A stretch of DNA of 64,000 bases, from positions 186,001 to 250,000 of the forward strand of contig CBFDEM010000009.1 of NCBI GenBank assembly GCA_965603825.1. The letters are read 5' to 3'. The notes under the pieces are model-generated. The model saw nothing but the letters and a program-made list of their open reading frames with translations, was not told the DNA's origin and did no database searches. This DNA comes from Blepharisma stoltei ATCC 30299. Taxonomy: Eukaryota; Protista; Ciliophora. How positions within the stretch are numbered: position 1 is the first letter of the stretch; each line of letters begins with the position of its first letter. The translations under genes and the position numbers were made by a program. Positions 48,784 to 62,097 of the stretch are shown here, piece by piece.

Positions 48784-49521
48784 ATGAGTGAATTATTCAA
48801 CTCTCTTTTATCAAATACAAGCATTATTGACTGCACCCATACCATAAATGAAAATACCGTTATTTGGCCTGGCGATCCTACATTTTCTCGCAGAAGTTTT
48901 AACGACCAAGAATACTCGATTGAGACTTACCAATTTATTGGAGGCTCCGCAACACATATTGATGCCCCAAAGCACTTTTTACCAAATGGTAGAACTATCT
49001 CTGATCTTCAGCCAAATGAGCTTATCTCTGAAGGAGTCCTCATTGATGTTGCTTCTAAATGTGAAAAAAATAATGACTATGAATTATCAATTGAAGATAT
49101 CAACCTATGAGAATCAAGAAATGGGAGAATTCCTTGCCGTTCTATTGTATGTATGAGAACAGGCTGGGGTGCTAAATTCAATAAGCCAGATGAATATAAA
49201 AATCATAACCCTGAAGAAGAGCATCCTCATTACTCTGGAGGAGTTATGCATTTTCCTGGGTTTTCCAGAGAAGCTGCTGAATTTTTATGCAGAGAAAGAA
49301 ATATAAACGCTATAGGAATAGACACTCTTTCTCTAGATCCTGGAAAATCAGTAGATTTCGAAGTACATTATACGATATTTAGAAATAATAAATACCAAAT
49401 CGAAAATATGAAATTGGAAAACTTGCCCGACAAAGGGTTTGTGATGATAGCATTGCCATATCCAGTAGAAAATGCTCCTGAGTTTTTGGCTCGAGTTATT
49501 GCACTAGTAAAAAATGAATAA
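48784..49521 (+). CDS. Cyclase-family metal-dependent hydrolase (kynurenine formamidase KynB/isatin hydrolase-like), 245 aa
   Basis: DCTH.I....WPGDP, ATHIDAPKHF, RTGW, HFPGFS.EAA.FL, GIDTLSLD, H......KYQIEN; one internal TGA. Confidence 0.88.
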
Positions 49522-49734
49522 GATCTCGTAATCCAAAATACAAAAATAAACTTATATTTAGAAGAATTTAAACTCTATAATAAATAGATTTATTACATAT
49601 TTATCACAATTAAATTTTCTGTAATAAACAATATGTAATTTTGAATGGTTTTATATCAAAGGAACCATCAAAATAGTTGGATATTTATGGTGTCTTAAAT
49701 GAAATCTTTGTAATTTAATCCCAGCATTGGAAAA

Positions 49735-50211
49735 ATGATGCCAGATGATGACGGCCTCAGTGATCTTCCTACAAAAGATACAAGGAATAAGCACCGTGGC
49801 TATGCATCAGGTGATCACAACAAGCGTACCAATACCAAAGAAATCCGAGTCCGTCAAGAAAAAATGCAAAATCGCCTGGAGCAAAGCGAAATGATGGCAA
49901 ACCCCAAAGCAGCCAAAGCTGAAGCTGACAATTTCGAAGAACTGCAAAGGCAGCATCAAAAAAAGCTTGAACAAGACCAAAAAAAGAAAGAGCAAGCACA
50001 ACGGCGAGAAGAAAATAAAAATTTATATGACCAGGACTTAATCAATATAGTAGCAGGGTCTGTGCCTACTGATTTACAAGGGAAAAAAGCTAGAATATAC
50101 AACCAAAGAGTAGAATCAGTCCAAAATCATTCTCAGCAGCAAGGAAAGCCAAAAATCAACTCGAACCAGAGAGCAAGCTTACTTCAGTTCATGCAAAATA
50201 ATTTGAAGTAA
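49735..50211 (+). CDS. Hypothetical hydrophilic coiled-coil protein, 158 aa
   Basis: Uninterrupted ORF with coding composition. Confidence 0.75.
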   Translation: MMPDDDGLSDLPTKDTRNKHRGYASGDHNKRTNTKEIRVRQEKMQNRLEQSEMMANPKAAKAEADNFEELQRQHQKKLEQDQKKKEQAQRREENKNLYDQDLINIVAGSVPTDLQGKKARIYNQRVESVQNHSQQQGKPKINSNQRASLLQFMQNNLK

Positions 50212-50314
50212 CTCATACATAATTAGAAGATTAAATATTTTTATTACTATAACCATTGGCCTACATAAGAATATTTAATTAATTCTAATTACGCAAATGG
50301 GATTTATTTATCCT

Positions 50315-51202
50315 CTAAGAGAACCCTTGACCTTGAAAATTTTGCTGGAAATTCTCAAACAGCAAGCTTGCAGCCATTTCTTTATTCTTATCACAGCTCA
50401 GATACACCTGTATGACGTCCTCCTGTGAAAATCCCAGCTGGATTAGTTCTCTTACATCATTTTCTTCTTCAGGGGTTAAATGGATTTGGACGGCCCCTCT
50501 TTGCCTTCTTCTTCCTCCAAGAACTCTGATGAATTCGTCCATGTTGTCATTTATAAGTGTTAGAAGCTCTGGATTGGTGGTTTCCAGCTGCTGCAAGAAA
50601 ACATTGAGCTCTTCAGGGTTTTGTAATATAACTTCTCTTATACTTTGGAATTCAGGGCTTTGTAGCAGGAAATCGAAGGTGGTGGAGGTTATTTCTTCAC
50701 CTGGCTCACCTGGGTCTTCTTCGTCCTCTTCTTCTTCGTATTCAGCACTCTCGCCCTCACCTTCAGGCATAGGGGCATAGCCTGACATTAGAAATTCGAT
50801 AGCAATTGCTGAGTTGTTGTGAGCTGCAGTTAAAGCAGCGACTACTTCTTCTCGGGAATAGCCCATTTCCATCAGACGAGCTACATCAGCCTCGTTGAGT
50901 TGAGCTGGAGCTTCTTGTCTTTGTGGTACTAAAATATCGGCAGGCTGGTTTTGTTCTGGCTGTGGCCTCTCTGGAGCCTTCTTGTGAGTAACCATTAAGA
51001 CTAAGATTGCGTTTTCTGTAATTTGATAATCTGTAAGAGGTTTTTCATCATCAAGAATCTTTCCTTTATAAAGAAGCTTTTGAGACTCAACTGCGTGGCC
51101 TTGATTTGTTTGAATTAGACGTTTGAGTTCAATTACTTTAAAATGAGGCTCGATTTCTAGGCTAGTTTGTTCTCCACGAAGATTCTTTATTTGGATGATC
51201 AT
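50315..51202 (-). CDS. RAD23: UV excision repair/ubiquitin receptor RAD23 (UBL-UBA-STI1/XPCB-UBA), 295 aa
   Basis: QKLLYKGKILDD, LMEMGY.REEV..AL.AA.NN, FQSIREVILQNP, QLGFS...VIQVYLSCDKN.EMAA. Confidence 0.93.
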   Translation of the reverse strand: MIIQIKNLRGEQTSLEIEPHFKVIELKRLIQTNQGHAVESQKLLYKGKILDDEKPLTDYQITENAILVLMVTHKKAPERPQPEQNQPADILVPQRQEAPAQLNEADVARLMEMGYSREEVVAALTAAHNNSAIAIEFLMSGYAPMPEGEGESAEYEEEEDEEDPGEPGEEITSTTFDFLLQSPEFQSIREVILQNPEELNVFLQQLETTNPELLTLINDNMDEFIRVLGGRRRQRGAVQIHLTPEEENDVRELIQLGFSQEDVIQVYLSCDKNKEMAASLLFENFQQNFQGQGFS

Positions 51203-51528
51203 TTATTATCTGCCAGAATTATATTACAATATTATCATTGCAATCCCTCTATAAATGCAAAAATTATATGAGGGGTAAGAAATTATTTAATATTAATTGC
51301 TTAGATAGAAGTTTAATGAGCTATAAATAAACAAGAAGAAAAGAGTTATTTGATCATATGTAATATGCTTATAATTGAAATCTTATTTATGGAGTGAAGC
51401 AATTATGGGTTATAATTGAAAATAATGGGTTTTATGATGCCCAATACAGACATTTAAACTAAGCTTCAATTCTTTTCCAAATATAATTTCTGCTAAATTA
51501 AGGATTATTAATAATTAATTATTTGAAA

Positions 51529-54500
51529 TTAATTTGCAGGCTTTATGAAGTATGATTGATGAACTCTATCAATTGCTTTTGCAGGTACTTCTTTATTAAA
51601 AGTATATTCAAATTCCCCATTATAATTTTTTTCCAATAATTCTTTTGTTTTGTCACTAACATTGATTTCCCCTGGCTTACCATTGCTTTCCATCTTATTG
51701 GCTATAAGCACGTCTGGTCCATAAATATCATATCTCACAATGTTGGTGCCAATAATTCCCGCAATGACAGTTCCTGTATGAAGACCAATCCTCATGTTCA
51801 GCTCAGATCCATGAAGCAAATTCACAGCATTAATAATCTCAATCATATTCTGAGCCATTTTCAGCATATTTAAGCATTCTTTGCCAATATCTCTGTTAGC
51901 ACTTCCATTGTATCCCATAACCACATAGCAATCTCCGATTGTGTGGACTTTATACACACTAAGTTCTACACATTTTTTGTCAAACTGAGTAAATAACTCG
52001 CTTAGCATTTTTACTATTTGCTTTGGTCTTTTATTTGAACTTCAGGCAGTAAATCCTACAATATCAGCAAATAGTAAAGTAACATCTTGCAGCTTATCAG
52101 TAATAGATTTGTCTTGCTTCATGTTTTCTAGGACATGGGGTGGCATCATTTGCACTAATAACTTGTCAGTCTCTTGAATTTCCCTCTCTGCTAAATGTTG
52201 TAAATTGAAATTTATTCTCACCCTTTGTTCACGTGAATAAACTGCAGAAGTGTTTATAATTGCAAATCCAAACACCAATAAAATATTAGCTAAATCTGAT
52301 CCATTTAAAGCCGCTGCAATAACCCATGGTGTAAATATCCCAATACTCACTAAAATAATGGCAGAAAGCGGCATGTCTGATGCGTGGTTAAGTATAATAA
52401 TGATGTACATAATTTCAAGGGCTATAAGGTCATCACTAAATTTTTTGTCATCAAAAATAGAATAAAGAACCGTAATTAGCATCAAAAGAAGCACTGGGAT
52501 GGTAAAAAGTGGGTAGAACCTCATCTTGTTCATTAATCTGTGGATAACAATAAGCCCTATTAATGCTCCCACAATAACTATTCTCATAATACTTATATTA
52601 GCATCAGAATATCCTGATAGAAGTCATGCTTCTAATATAGAAACCGCTAAAAGCATGCCATACGCAATAACAGCAGTTGATAATCCAAGTAGTACAGTTA
52701 CATAATTTCTCAAGGTCTGCTCCAGTCTGAACTTCTTCTGGTTTTCCGTTTCCCTGATTGAAAAATCACAAATTTTGACTGGCTTGATTATTCCTGGGTC
52801 ATTTTTTTTAAATGCAGATTTTTTGTCAGAAATATCGAAATGAGTTAAACTTCGACTGATATTATATGTATCGTCATCTTCATCATCAAACTGAGGATCA
52901 AAATTCTGAGCAATAGGAGGGTTGTTCATCATTGTGTTCATTGGCAAGATTATATCTTCCACAGATCCTTCAATTGATTCAGTGACAATAAAAGTTTTCA
53001 TGAGTCCTTTACCTTTTGCTTCAACCTCTTTTGGTTCAAATTTCAAGCCATTATGATTTTCAAGGAGCTTATAAGTATCCTTTGAAATTTGTATCGCATT
53101 TGTCTGCTCCAACGTTGAGCACATTCTACTAGCTGTATTAACAGTATCGCCGACCAAAGAAAACTGAGGCTTATGATATCCTACAACACCAGAAGTTACT
53201 GGTCCAGAATTTATCCCAATTTTCACTTGTAATGTGGACCCATATTTTAATTTGATTGATTGGATTTCTCTGATAATTGCAAGGCTCATTTCTATGCATC
53301 TTCTGGCATGAGTCACTTCTTTTAGATGTTTACTCATTTCAAGTTCACTGTCTTTTAATCCTGCACAGGCCATATAAGTTTTACCTACTGTTTCAATTTT
53401 TGTTACACCGATGGTGTCACACATTTGGTCGAATTTTTGGAAAATTTGATCTAAAAAAGTTGTAAGCTCATTTGGATTGTATTCTTTACAGATTCTATCG
53501 AAATCATAGATATCACAAAAGAGGACGGTGACTGTGCCTTGATCTTCAGCAATATATCGGGCACCTTTTTTAACTCGGTTTCTTACGAATGAAGGAAGCA
53601 AATAGCTTAATATTGTTTGGATTTTTTCTACAGCATTTTCTGTAATATTCATCAACTTGTGCTCTTCTCTTTTAGATTTGTCAAGAAAATAGCCAATGAA
53701 TGCAGAAGTTACTGAAATAGCTACTATCAAAATCATTGATTTTATTATTAATAAAATAGCTTCAGTGTTCCCATAGCTGGAATTGCCTATATAATAAATC
53801 AAAAGTGCCATTAGGAATAATCCAATATTGATAATATTCAACAGCGTAATGCTCAAATAGTCAACATCAAACAAAATATAAGAAATTGCTGGTACCATTG
53901 ACGTCGATAAAAGTCCTGTTTTTTCATAATTAGCATCACTTATTGCCATCGCAATAATAAAAAGAAAAATAATGGCGAGCGTGTAAAACACATAATGTCG
54001 CTTAAAATAGTCAAGCATTACTAACAGCAATACAGCTGAAAAGGCCAATACCATTACAATCCTTATCACGGTATAAGATAGTGATGGACTCTGCACGACG
54101 ACTTCATAAATTGTCCAAAACAATAAAATGATCCATATAAGGCCGCAAATCAATCGATACATTAATATATGGTCGTGGATATAGTGATCTCTATATAGGT
54201 TTTCTATATAAGGAGAAATAAATTTCAGCATTCAATTCATATCAAATTTGTTTTTTTCATTATTGGATTTTCATATTGATGAGTCTCGATATGCATTGAG
54301 TAATCCACCTGAATAATTCGCGAGCCTGCTAAATTCAATTTCTTCAGCTTTTTCAGGGGCTACCATTATTAATTCCCTCATACTTGGTTTGAATAAAATA
54401 ATATAAGCTTTATAGAAGTATCCTGGGACGATTGCTAATAATGGAGTTATAAGAAAAGAGATAAGGGAAATTGGAAATTTAGAAATTTCAGTGCCAATTC

Positions 54501-57500
54501 CAAGCTGCTCCCAATTAGGGAATTTATATTCATTTGATATGCATATATAGCCAACAAGGAGAGCCAAGGAAAGAATATGGGAAATGCAATATAGTATGTT
54601 ATAAGAAAATGTGTCAATTCATATTTGATATAGAGCCACAAAAACAGTTGATATAAACATTGTTGTTCCAAACAGATTTTGATCTTCACTAAATCCATCA
54701 TTATTTATTGCTTTATCAAACACTTCACTTACAAGCAGAAGAATGATGGCAGCCTGAACAATTGACAAAGTTGAGTAATAAACTAATTTTTTCCAGCTAA
54801 AAAGCTTATTTACAATCCCTTGCACATAAATTTGAGGATGTTCAAAAATTTTAGCTCTCTCTATATCAAGATCGAAAACTCCAAGCATAAATAACGGAAA
54901 CGTTGTATATAATAAATTATAGCCCACAAGTAATCCTGAGTTATATATAGTTGCTCCTGAGTAATCACTCATAAAAATATACCCAAAAGTTACAGCAGTC
55001 AATATAAAATTTTTGTAAAAAAATAAAAGAATGATTCTGGACATTCTTGTGTAGTTTCTATGTCCATATAGAAGGAGAAGGTCTTTTAATACAGAAAAAT
55101 GCTCAACAGAGACTTCACAGAAGTTAGAAGCATGGCTATGAGTTTTACCTTGAATTCCTACACCAATGTCAGCTCCTTGAATCATTGAAATGTTACTATT
55201 CCCTGCTCCTATGGCTAGCACAACTGGTTTAAAAGACAAATTTTCTTTTAGAAGCTTGACTAAATTGTCTTTGTCTTTTGGCAATAAATCATGAAAACAT
55301 ACACATTTTGCAGCTAGTAAGACACATGCCATGAGCTTTCTTGAATCTTGGTCGCTTAAAGCTATTTCAAAAGATTTTCTATCTAAAGACACTGAAAAAT
55401 TGACGGTTTCAGGGAAAAAATGTTTAGAAAGGTAGTCATCTGCAACAAGTGTTGAGCCGATTTTTAGTAATGATTGATAAGCTAAAGTAGCATTGCCTGC
55501 CGTGCTGATTTCTTCTAAAATTATAGAAGCTTCTTCTAAGTATTCACTAACAATACTGTCTGTTTCAGGATTATCTTCATTGTCATTTAATGCTTTCTCT
55601 TTAGGAGCACTATTAAATCTTGCTAGTTGCTGAGGAGCAGCAAAAGTAGGTAATTTACTCCTTGCTATTTCATGATAAATATGAGTTGCTATTACTCTTT
55701 GCAGCATTTTGGTGATCCCATATACAGAAGTTGCTCCTTTAATATGAACAAGTGAAGTGTGAGAATTTAAAAGCTTTGCCCCATATGCAGACTGAATAGT
55801 GTTATCTTCAGAATCCCCACTTGCCAGCCATAGCTTTATTCCAGCTTTTTGGAGAGCCTCTACACATTCAATAGTTTCAGGCAAAATTGTATCTTTAATA
55901 CCTACAATTCCAAGAAAATCTGCATTTTTTTCAAATTCTGAATAAATGTTTTCGTATTTGTAATTGATATTTAAAGGGGAGCACCTTGCAATTTCTATTT
56001 TCTGAAGGAAATCTTTTAGTTCTTCATTAGAAAGCACCTTGCGAGCTAGAAAAACTGGCTTTGTTCCTTCATTAATAATTTTCTTTGCGTCAAATAGAAG
56101 ATTCAGCCTGATATCATCATTTTTTAGCAAAGGTATAATAGCTTCATATGACCCTTTTATATACATTATGGCAGGTTCTTTTTCTCCTGCTCTAACGATA
56201 ACCCTTGCTTTTTTCGAATTACTATTGCTCGGCTTTGATCCAAGTATTGTATAAGAATACTTATGGTCATTTATCTCAATTTCACAAGAATTCGTAGAAT
56301 TTGATAGGATTTTTATTCCTAAATCTAAACTAAAAGCACTTAGTGCTTTGTCATCTGGTGAAAGACTTGAGATTTTGTTTGGAAAAGCTGAGTTAGATAC
56401 AGCTAAGCACTTTAAAAACTCTGTTTTTTGTTCACTGGATTTATCTCTAAGTTCTTCTGAAAGCTTTTCGAATGATTTCGCCTCATCTTTAGGGCCTTCG
56501 CTGCTAAAACGTTCAGTGTAATTAATATTAAAAGCAGCTGGCTTCAAAAATAATGTTTTTTCTTCATCAGAAATCAGATTTTGCTCATTATTTTCAACCC
56601 TCCTATATATTTCTGAGTCAATCATGCATAATTGAACTGTAAACTCGCATTCAGTAAGGGCCCCGCTTTTGTTCAATAAAACATATTCAACTTGTCCAAG
56701 GTCTTCATTAATATCTCCAGTTTTAAAGTTTATCCTTTGCCTTGAATTTATTTGTATGTAAATTACTTGAAGGATTCTTATGATGTCCATGGTCACAAAA
56801 AGGGATATTGGGATAATATTGTTAAAAAGCAAAGTAAACGTCACAAACATTTCAGGAAGAGAATAAGTTGAGTATGAATATCGGTCTGAACTCTCTGATA
56901 TATAATAATAAGCACAGATAGAAAAAACAACTAGACCAAATAGTATTAGCAAAATGATCCCGACCCATCTATTTATTCTTCTTTCTAGAGAGCTTGTCTT
57001 CTTAATAGGCTTTCTTGTGTTCAGCAATGTTTTGGTGTCATGCCCAGTATATACAATTAATCCAATTGCCCAGGATGTCCCATTTAACTTAGCACCCCTA
57101 AAAAGCGCTTGTTCTGCATGAATATCAAAAGCTTTGGGAAAACCGTTTAATTTTATCTTTCCTCTAAATTTTGAAAAATCACTATTGGGTTCTCCCATTC
57201 TCACCTTGGCTTGGAATTTTTTTAAAATTGAATCATCTTCTACAGAGTTTAAAAATCGCTGGATTTCAGAAATTTTTTTAATTTCCTTGAAAATCGCATT
57301 TCCAATAATACCTGTAGTGTCTAAGTATACTTGCTCTTTTTCCTTTTCAGATGCTAATAAAATCATGTCAGCTGGCACAATGTCTCCATCATTTAGCAAG
57401 ACAATATTTCCAACTAGCATATCTTTAGACTGAACTTTTACAAAGTTTTCCCCGTTTCAGCGACTGTAGAGAATAGTGTTTATTTTTTTATCATCCTTCC

Positions 57501-57801
57501 ACCTATACAAGTCATTATAGGCATCCTTTATAAGGGTAAAAAATAGGAGTATTGCTAATGGTGCAATTGTGCTTCAAGAGTCTGTTGGGTTTAAATTGAT
57601 AGGAATTAATTGGAAAACCGATACAAGTAGAAATCATATGTTTGAAGAACGCTGAAATTGCTCGAAAAGATTCAGTGGGATGATTGTAAGTAGTGTATAT
57701 CTTGTAGATTTGGCACAATTATTCGGAAATATTGAATTTTCCACTTTGGCGTTTCCATCAACTTTAAATTCACGCCAATTTGTTTCAGCATAAGATGCCA
57801 T
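51529..57801 (-). CDS. Alveolate-type bifunctional P4-ATPase-like/guanylyl cyclase, ~2090 aa
   Basis: Five ORFs plus a 5' extension in one frame via TGA. P4-ATPase landmarks (NxxxSTRYT..P.NLFEQF, YTGHDTK, IIPISL.VT, FFYKN); two TM blocks and two class III cyclase domains (KIETVG...[14 protein letters not shown]; ADIVGFT...IGDCY...YDIYG). Confidence 0.92.
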
Positions 57802-58160
57802 TAAAATGTATTTTAATACTTAAAAAATATAAAGACTTGTAACAGCCTTAATTTATAAAACGAATACTTTTAAATTTCCAAATCCGACAGAAAAAAATGC
57901 CAAACTCGTTTATCCTTAGATATCAGATTCTTTCGATTTTATCAACCAGAAATTAAATATGAAATTTATAAATCATTTCTATTAATCTTACTTTTTAAAT
58001 AATAATATTTTTCTTTTGAATATGATAAATAAGCTTCCTCGCAAAAACAATTATTTCCAGCCTTATTATTTTTTGAGTTCTCTAATTATAAAATTTAAAA
58101 TCTTAAATATGCTATAACTTTCCTATATTTAATATAATTCATTTTTCCAAAGAAGCTCAA

Positions 58161-60287
58161 ATGTCCCGACAATTTAAGAAATATTTATTTGAATCTCCAT
58201 CAGTTGAAAACGGCGAAGAGCCTGAACTCCAGCGCGAAGATTTTGAATTTGAAAGAAAACTTGGTGATGGTGCTTTTGGGCAAGTTTGAAGAGTTCGGCA
58301 TAAATTAACAAATAAATTGTATGCTCTAAAGCAAGTCCCAAAAGAAAAAGTAATACGAATGATACCTCAATTCTGCAGAGAAGTCTACATTATGTATGAA
58401 CTTGACCACCCTCATATCATTAAACTTTACAATCATTTTGAAGATGAAAAATATTTTTGTTTGATTATGGAACTTGCTGAAGGTGGAACTTTATTTAGCA
58501 AACTATATAGAGAAAGAAGCTTTGTAGAGCGTGTTGCTGCACAATATTTTAGAGAAATTGTGCTTGCGGTAGAGTATTTACATTCGCATATACCAGCAAT
58601 TATACATAGAGATATAAAACCGGAAAATATTTTGATTGATAAGGATGGAAGATTGAAACTTACAGATTTTGGATGGTCAAACTATTATACTGATGATACC
58701 CAGACTCCTAGACACACTATGTGTGGAACTTTGGAGTATTTGCCGCCTGAAATGATAGAAGAAAAAATGCATGATACTTCAGCTGATATATGATGCTTAG
58801 GAATTCTATTATTTGAATTATTAACAGGTGATACACCATTTAAAGGAGTGGGAAAGCAAGATATGCTTACCAAGATTACAGTTGCCAAAACAAAATTTCC
58901 AGCTTCTATGTCCCCTTTGGCAAAAGACCTAATTTCCCGTATGCTTGAAAAAGAATCAGTTAAACGAATTTCTGCTCACGAAATAAAAGAGCACCGATGA
59001 CTTTTAGACCATCCTCCTATAAGAGAAACTATCTCTCAAGACCCAGAACTAAAAATCTTACGTATAGATGATAAACCAAAGGTAGAAAAAGGCTATCTCA
59101 TCATCAGTACAAATCAAGTCAAAAGATTTGCCAACAAACAAATAAAAATCCAAATACAAACCCCTCCAAAACCTCAAAATAGATCTGGTTCTCAATTGGA
59201 AGCATTTAAAAAAAGCATCGACAAGCTTAAATTGCAGACTGAGAAAAAGATGAGAGATATGAATAATACAAAATCTTTAATCGAAGAAAAGGAAAGGCAT
59301 CATCAGAAACTGAGCCATAACTTGCATGATATTGAGGTTAGAATCGAAGAAAAAAAAGCTGAATATAAAAGACTGGCAGATAATGAAAATAATTTAGTTG
59401 GGAAAATCAATGACCTGGATTTAGAGCTTGATAGGATTAGTAACACTATTGATATGACTTCTCTTACAGAAAAAGCTAGAATTCAGCTAGAAGAATATAA
59501 TGCCAAAGATCAGCTATGCAAGCTTCATAAAGCGCAGCTTGACAAGCTAAGACAAGACGTCAAAACTAAGACTTTAGATATGGCTGAAAAAGAAAGAAAT
59601 CTAAAAATCTGACAAGAAAAGAACTCAAAAAAGAAAGAAAAAATATCAACACATATCAGAAATGAATCTATTGAGATTTTAAGGCTGGAAAAAGAGACGG
59701 CAACACTTAAAAATAGCATAGTAAAAGATCAAGAAAAATTCATATCGAAAAATGATCAAGCTGTTTCCCAAGAAATGGTGGAATTTATTAAAAAAAGATT
59801 AAATGAATTAGCAGGAATTAGCAATTTACAGGATAGAATAGCATTGTGCGAAAAGAAAATTTCAGAAAAAGAAAAACTGATTATTGAGTCTAAAATTGAG
59901 TTCGTGGAAAGGCGAGCTGAGCTTTTCAAAGAGATGGAAGAAAAAAGAGCAAAGAGAAAAGAAAATCAAAAAATTCAGACGAAAGAAAATTTTTCTCCTG
60001 TAAAAACTTTAAAATTGAAGCTGGAGGAATCAGAAAATAGAGGGAAAGGATATGAAATAAACCAAAATTTGATCCAAACTAGTAAGAAAAAGATTTCTGT
60101 AACTTATAATTAGGAACTCAAATCAAAAATAGACAGCTTGAACCATAAAATTAATAATGTCCGGAAGAAGAGGTATAGACTTAATCTTGCTAAGAAAGAA
60201 AGGCAGCTGGAGATTGAGGGTATTGAAATGGAGATAGGCTTGGCTAAAGCCAAAATTTTTGAATGTAAGAGCTATTTAGCTTATTAA
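58161..60287 (+). CDS. Aurora-like Ser/Thr kinase with long C-terminal coiled coil, ~700 aa, one or two 15-nt introns
   Basis: LGDGAFGQVW, HRDIKPENIL, DFGWS, TMCGTLEYLPPEM, DIW(TGA)CLG; coiled-coil tail. Confidence 0.88.
60099..60113 (+). other. 15-nt intron GTAACTTATAATTAG
   Basis: Removes TAG; the coiled-coil frame continues 57 codons. Confidence 0.8.
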
Positions 60288-60557
60288 TGTTAATATGTAT
60301 TATATAAAGACCAAAATTATTAAAAAAGCTTAATTATTAAAGGCTCTAAGCAGCATTGCTAGCTTTAACTGGATTTTTCGTTATAATTATAAATGTTATT
60401 TTTCTTCAAAAATTTTATAAGTAGGCTTTTTAATATGTAATCTTTTTAAATCAGCCTTTTGCATTATTATTTCTTAAAATTTTAATTTAGATATAATGCG
60501 AAATTCATGCTCTTAGACATTTCAAAGCAACTTAACTATTAAATTGAAGGCGAGAAA

Positions 60558-61730
60558 ATGGTAAAGTCTAGCAGCAGTAGCAGCGACTCTGACGAAACTT
60601 TAGAATTAATTAGTCAAGGCCACCCAAATCCTCAAGTAACTAGATCTATTGCTCCTGATTCGTCACCGATGGTCTTTCTTTTCCTTGACTGCATTCATTA
60701 TGTTGCAGGAGAAAAAGTAACTGGTGAAATTTTGCTGAATCTTCCTAGCGATTATCCTGCAGGATCCCTAATTCTATCGTCTACAGGCGCAGAAGAAGTT
60801 TTTGTCTACGAGCCTCTTTCTAGTGAAAAAGCAAAGATCCAAGAAGTGAGCGAAGTTTATAGGCTTGAAGTTCCCATTAAAGAATGAAAAAAAGGAATTC
60901 AGGCAGGTCAGTATGTATTTCCTTTCAATTTTAAGCTTCCTCAATATTCTCCGTCAACTTTTTATTACGCAGGAGAAGATGCCAGAAATTATTACATTAA
61001 AGCCCAAGTTTCTTATTCTGTGAATATCAGATTAGAATTACCCCACCATTCAGATTTGACTTTAAGCCACTCCAGGATGTTTGTGGTGAGAAATAAACAA
61101 ACACACTCCAAGCCAAATATTTCTATAGAAACCCGAGAATCTGTCTATGGCTGCTGCTGTACAAATAAAGGAAACACATATTTAAAGCTCTCAGTCAAAG
61201 GAGAAGAGCATAGCCAAATAGAAGGGACCTTAAGGTACAAATTAGATCCAGACAACACAAATTGTAAAGCACCAATTAACTATGTGACAGGTGAAGTGTC
61301 ATTAGTTCTTGAAGTCACTGTAAGTAGCCAGACCTTTCGCATTGTAAAAACTCTTTCTAGCATATCAAGAGCTACATGGATAAGCGCATTTACCAGTCTT
61401 GTATATGAAAAAGACTTTGAATATAATGCTGAGCTTAAGATGAACAATGCTGAACTCAACCCTAGCAGCAACCAAACTCCTATGATTAACTGCATGTTTG
61501 TAATTGAAGTCCTTGTGTTTTATGATTTATCCTGCAAAGGGAAACCTGCAAGAATTGCAATGCCTTTTCATGTGAACCCAAAAAATACTTTTATAAGAGA
61601 AGAGCCGAAACTTCCTGTTCCTTGGGAACCTGAAGAAGCACCAATTTCTAATTTTCTTGTAGAAAGCTGCAGGCCAACAAGCCAAGAAGTTGAAGGGATG
61701 GCAAGTTTATCCACTCCTGACACACGTTAA
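60558..61730 (+). CDS. Arrestin-domain (alpha-arrestin-like) protein, 390 aa
   Basis: YVAGEKVTGEI.L, AGQYVFPFNFKLP...PSTF, GCCC.NKG; one internal TGA. Confidence 0.82.
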
Positions 61731-62097
61731 AATTATAAATTTAACTAGTTTTTTATAGTACTTTGACAATTTGAATCTTAAAATTAAGAACTGATAATAA
61801 AATAATTTCCTTTTTTATAAAAAATTCAATTATCTTAATAATAATAATTTTGAAAATAATCAATATAAAGATTTTATGATTGCTCAGCTGTTTTTTATCA
61901 TATAAAATTGTCTTTTCCGCAGCAATGATCCATATTTATATAGACTGAGAATTTTCTTATCATCATAATATTTTCCTAAAATTGACAGTTTTAGGTTAAA
62001 ATTGTTTGTTTATTTATTTTTGTTTCACAAAAATTCATGATTTTGCTATCATAATTTTAAATATCGATAAATTAAATAATCTAACACTATTAATAAC

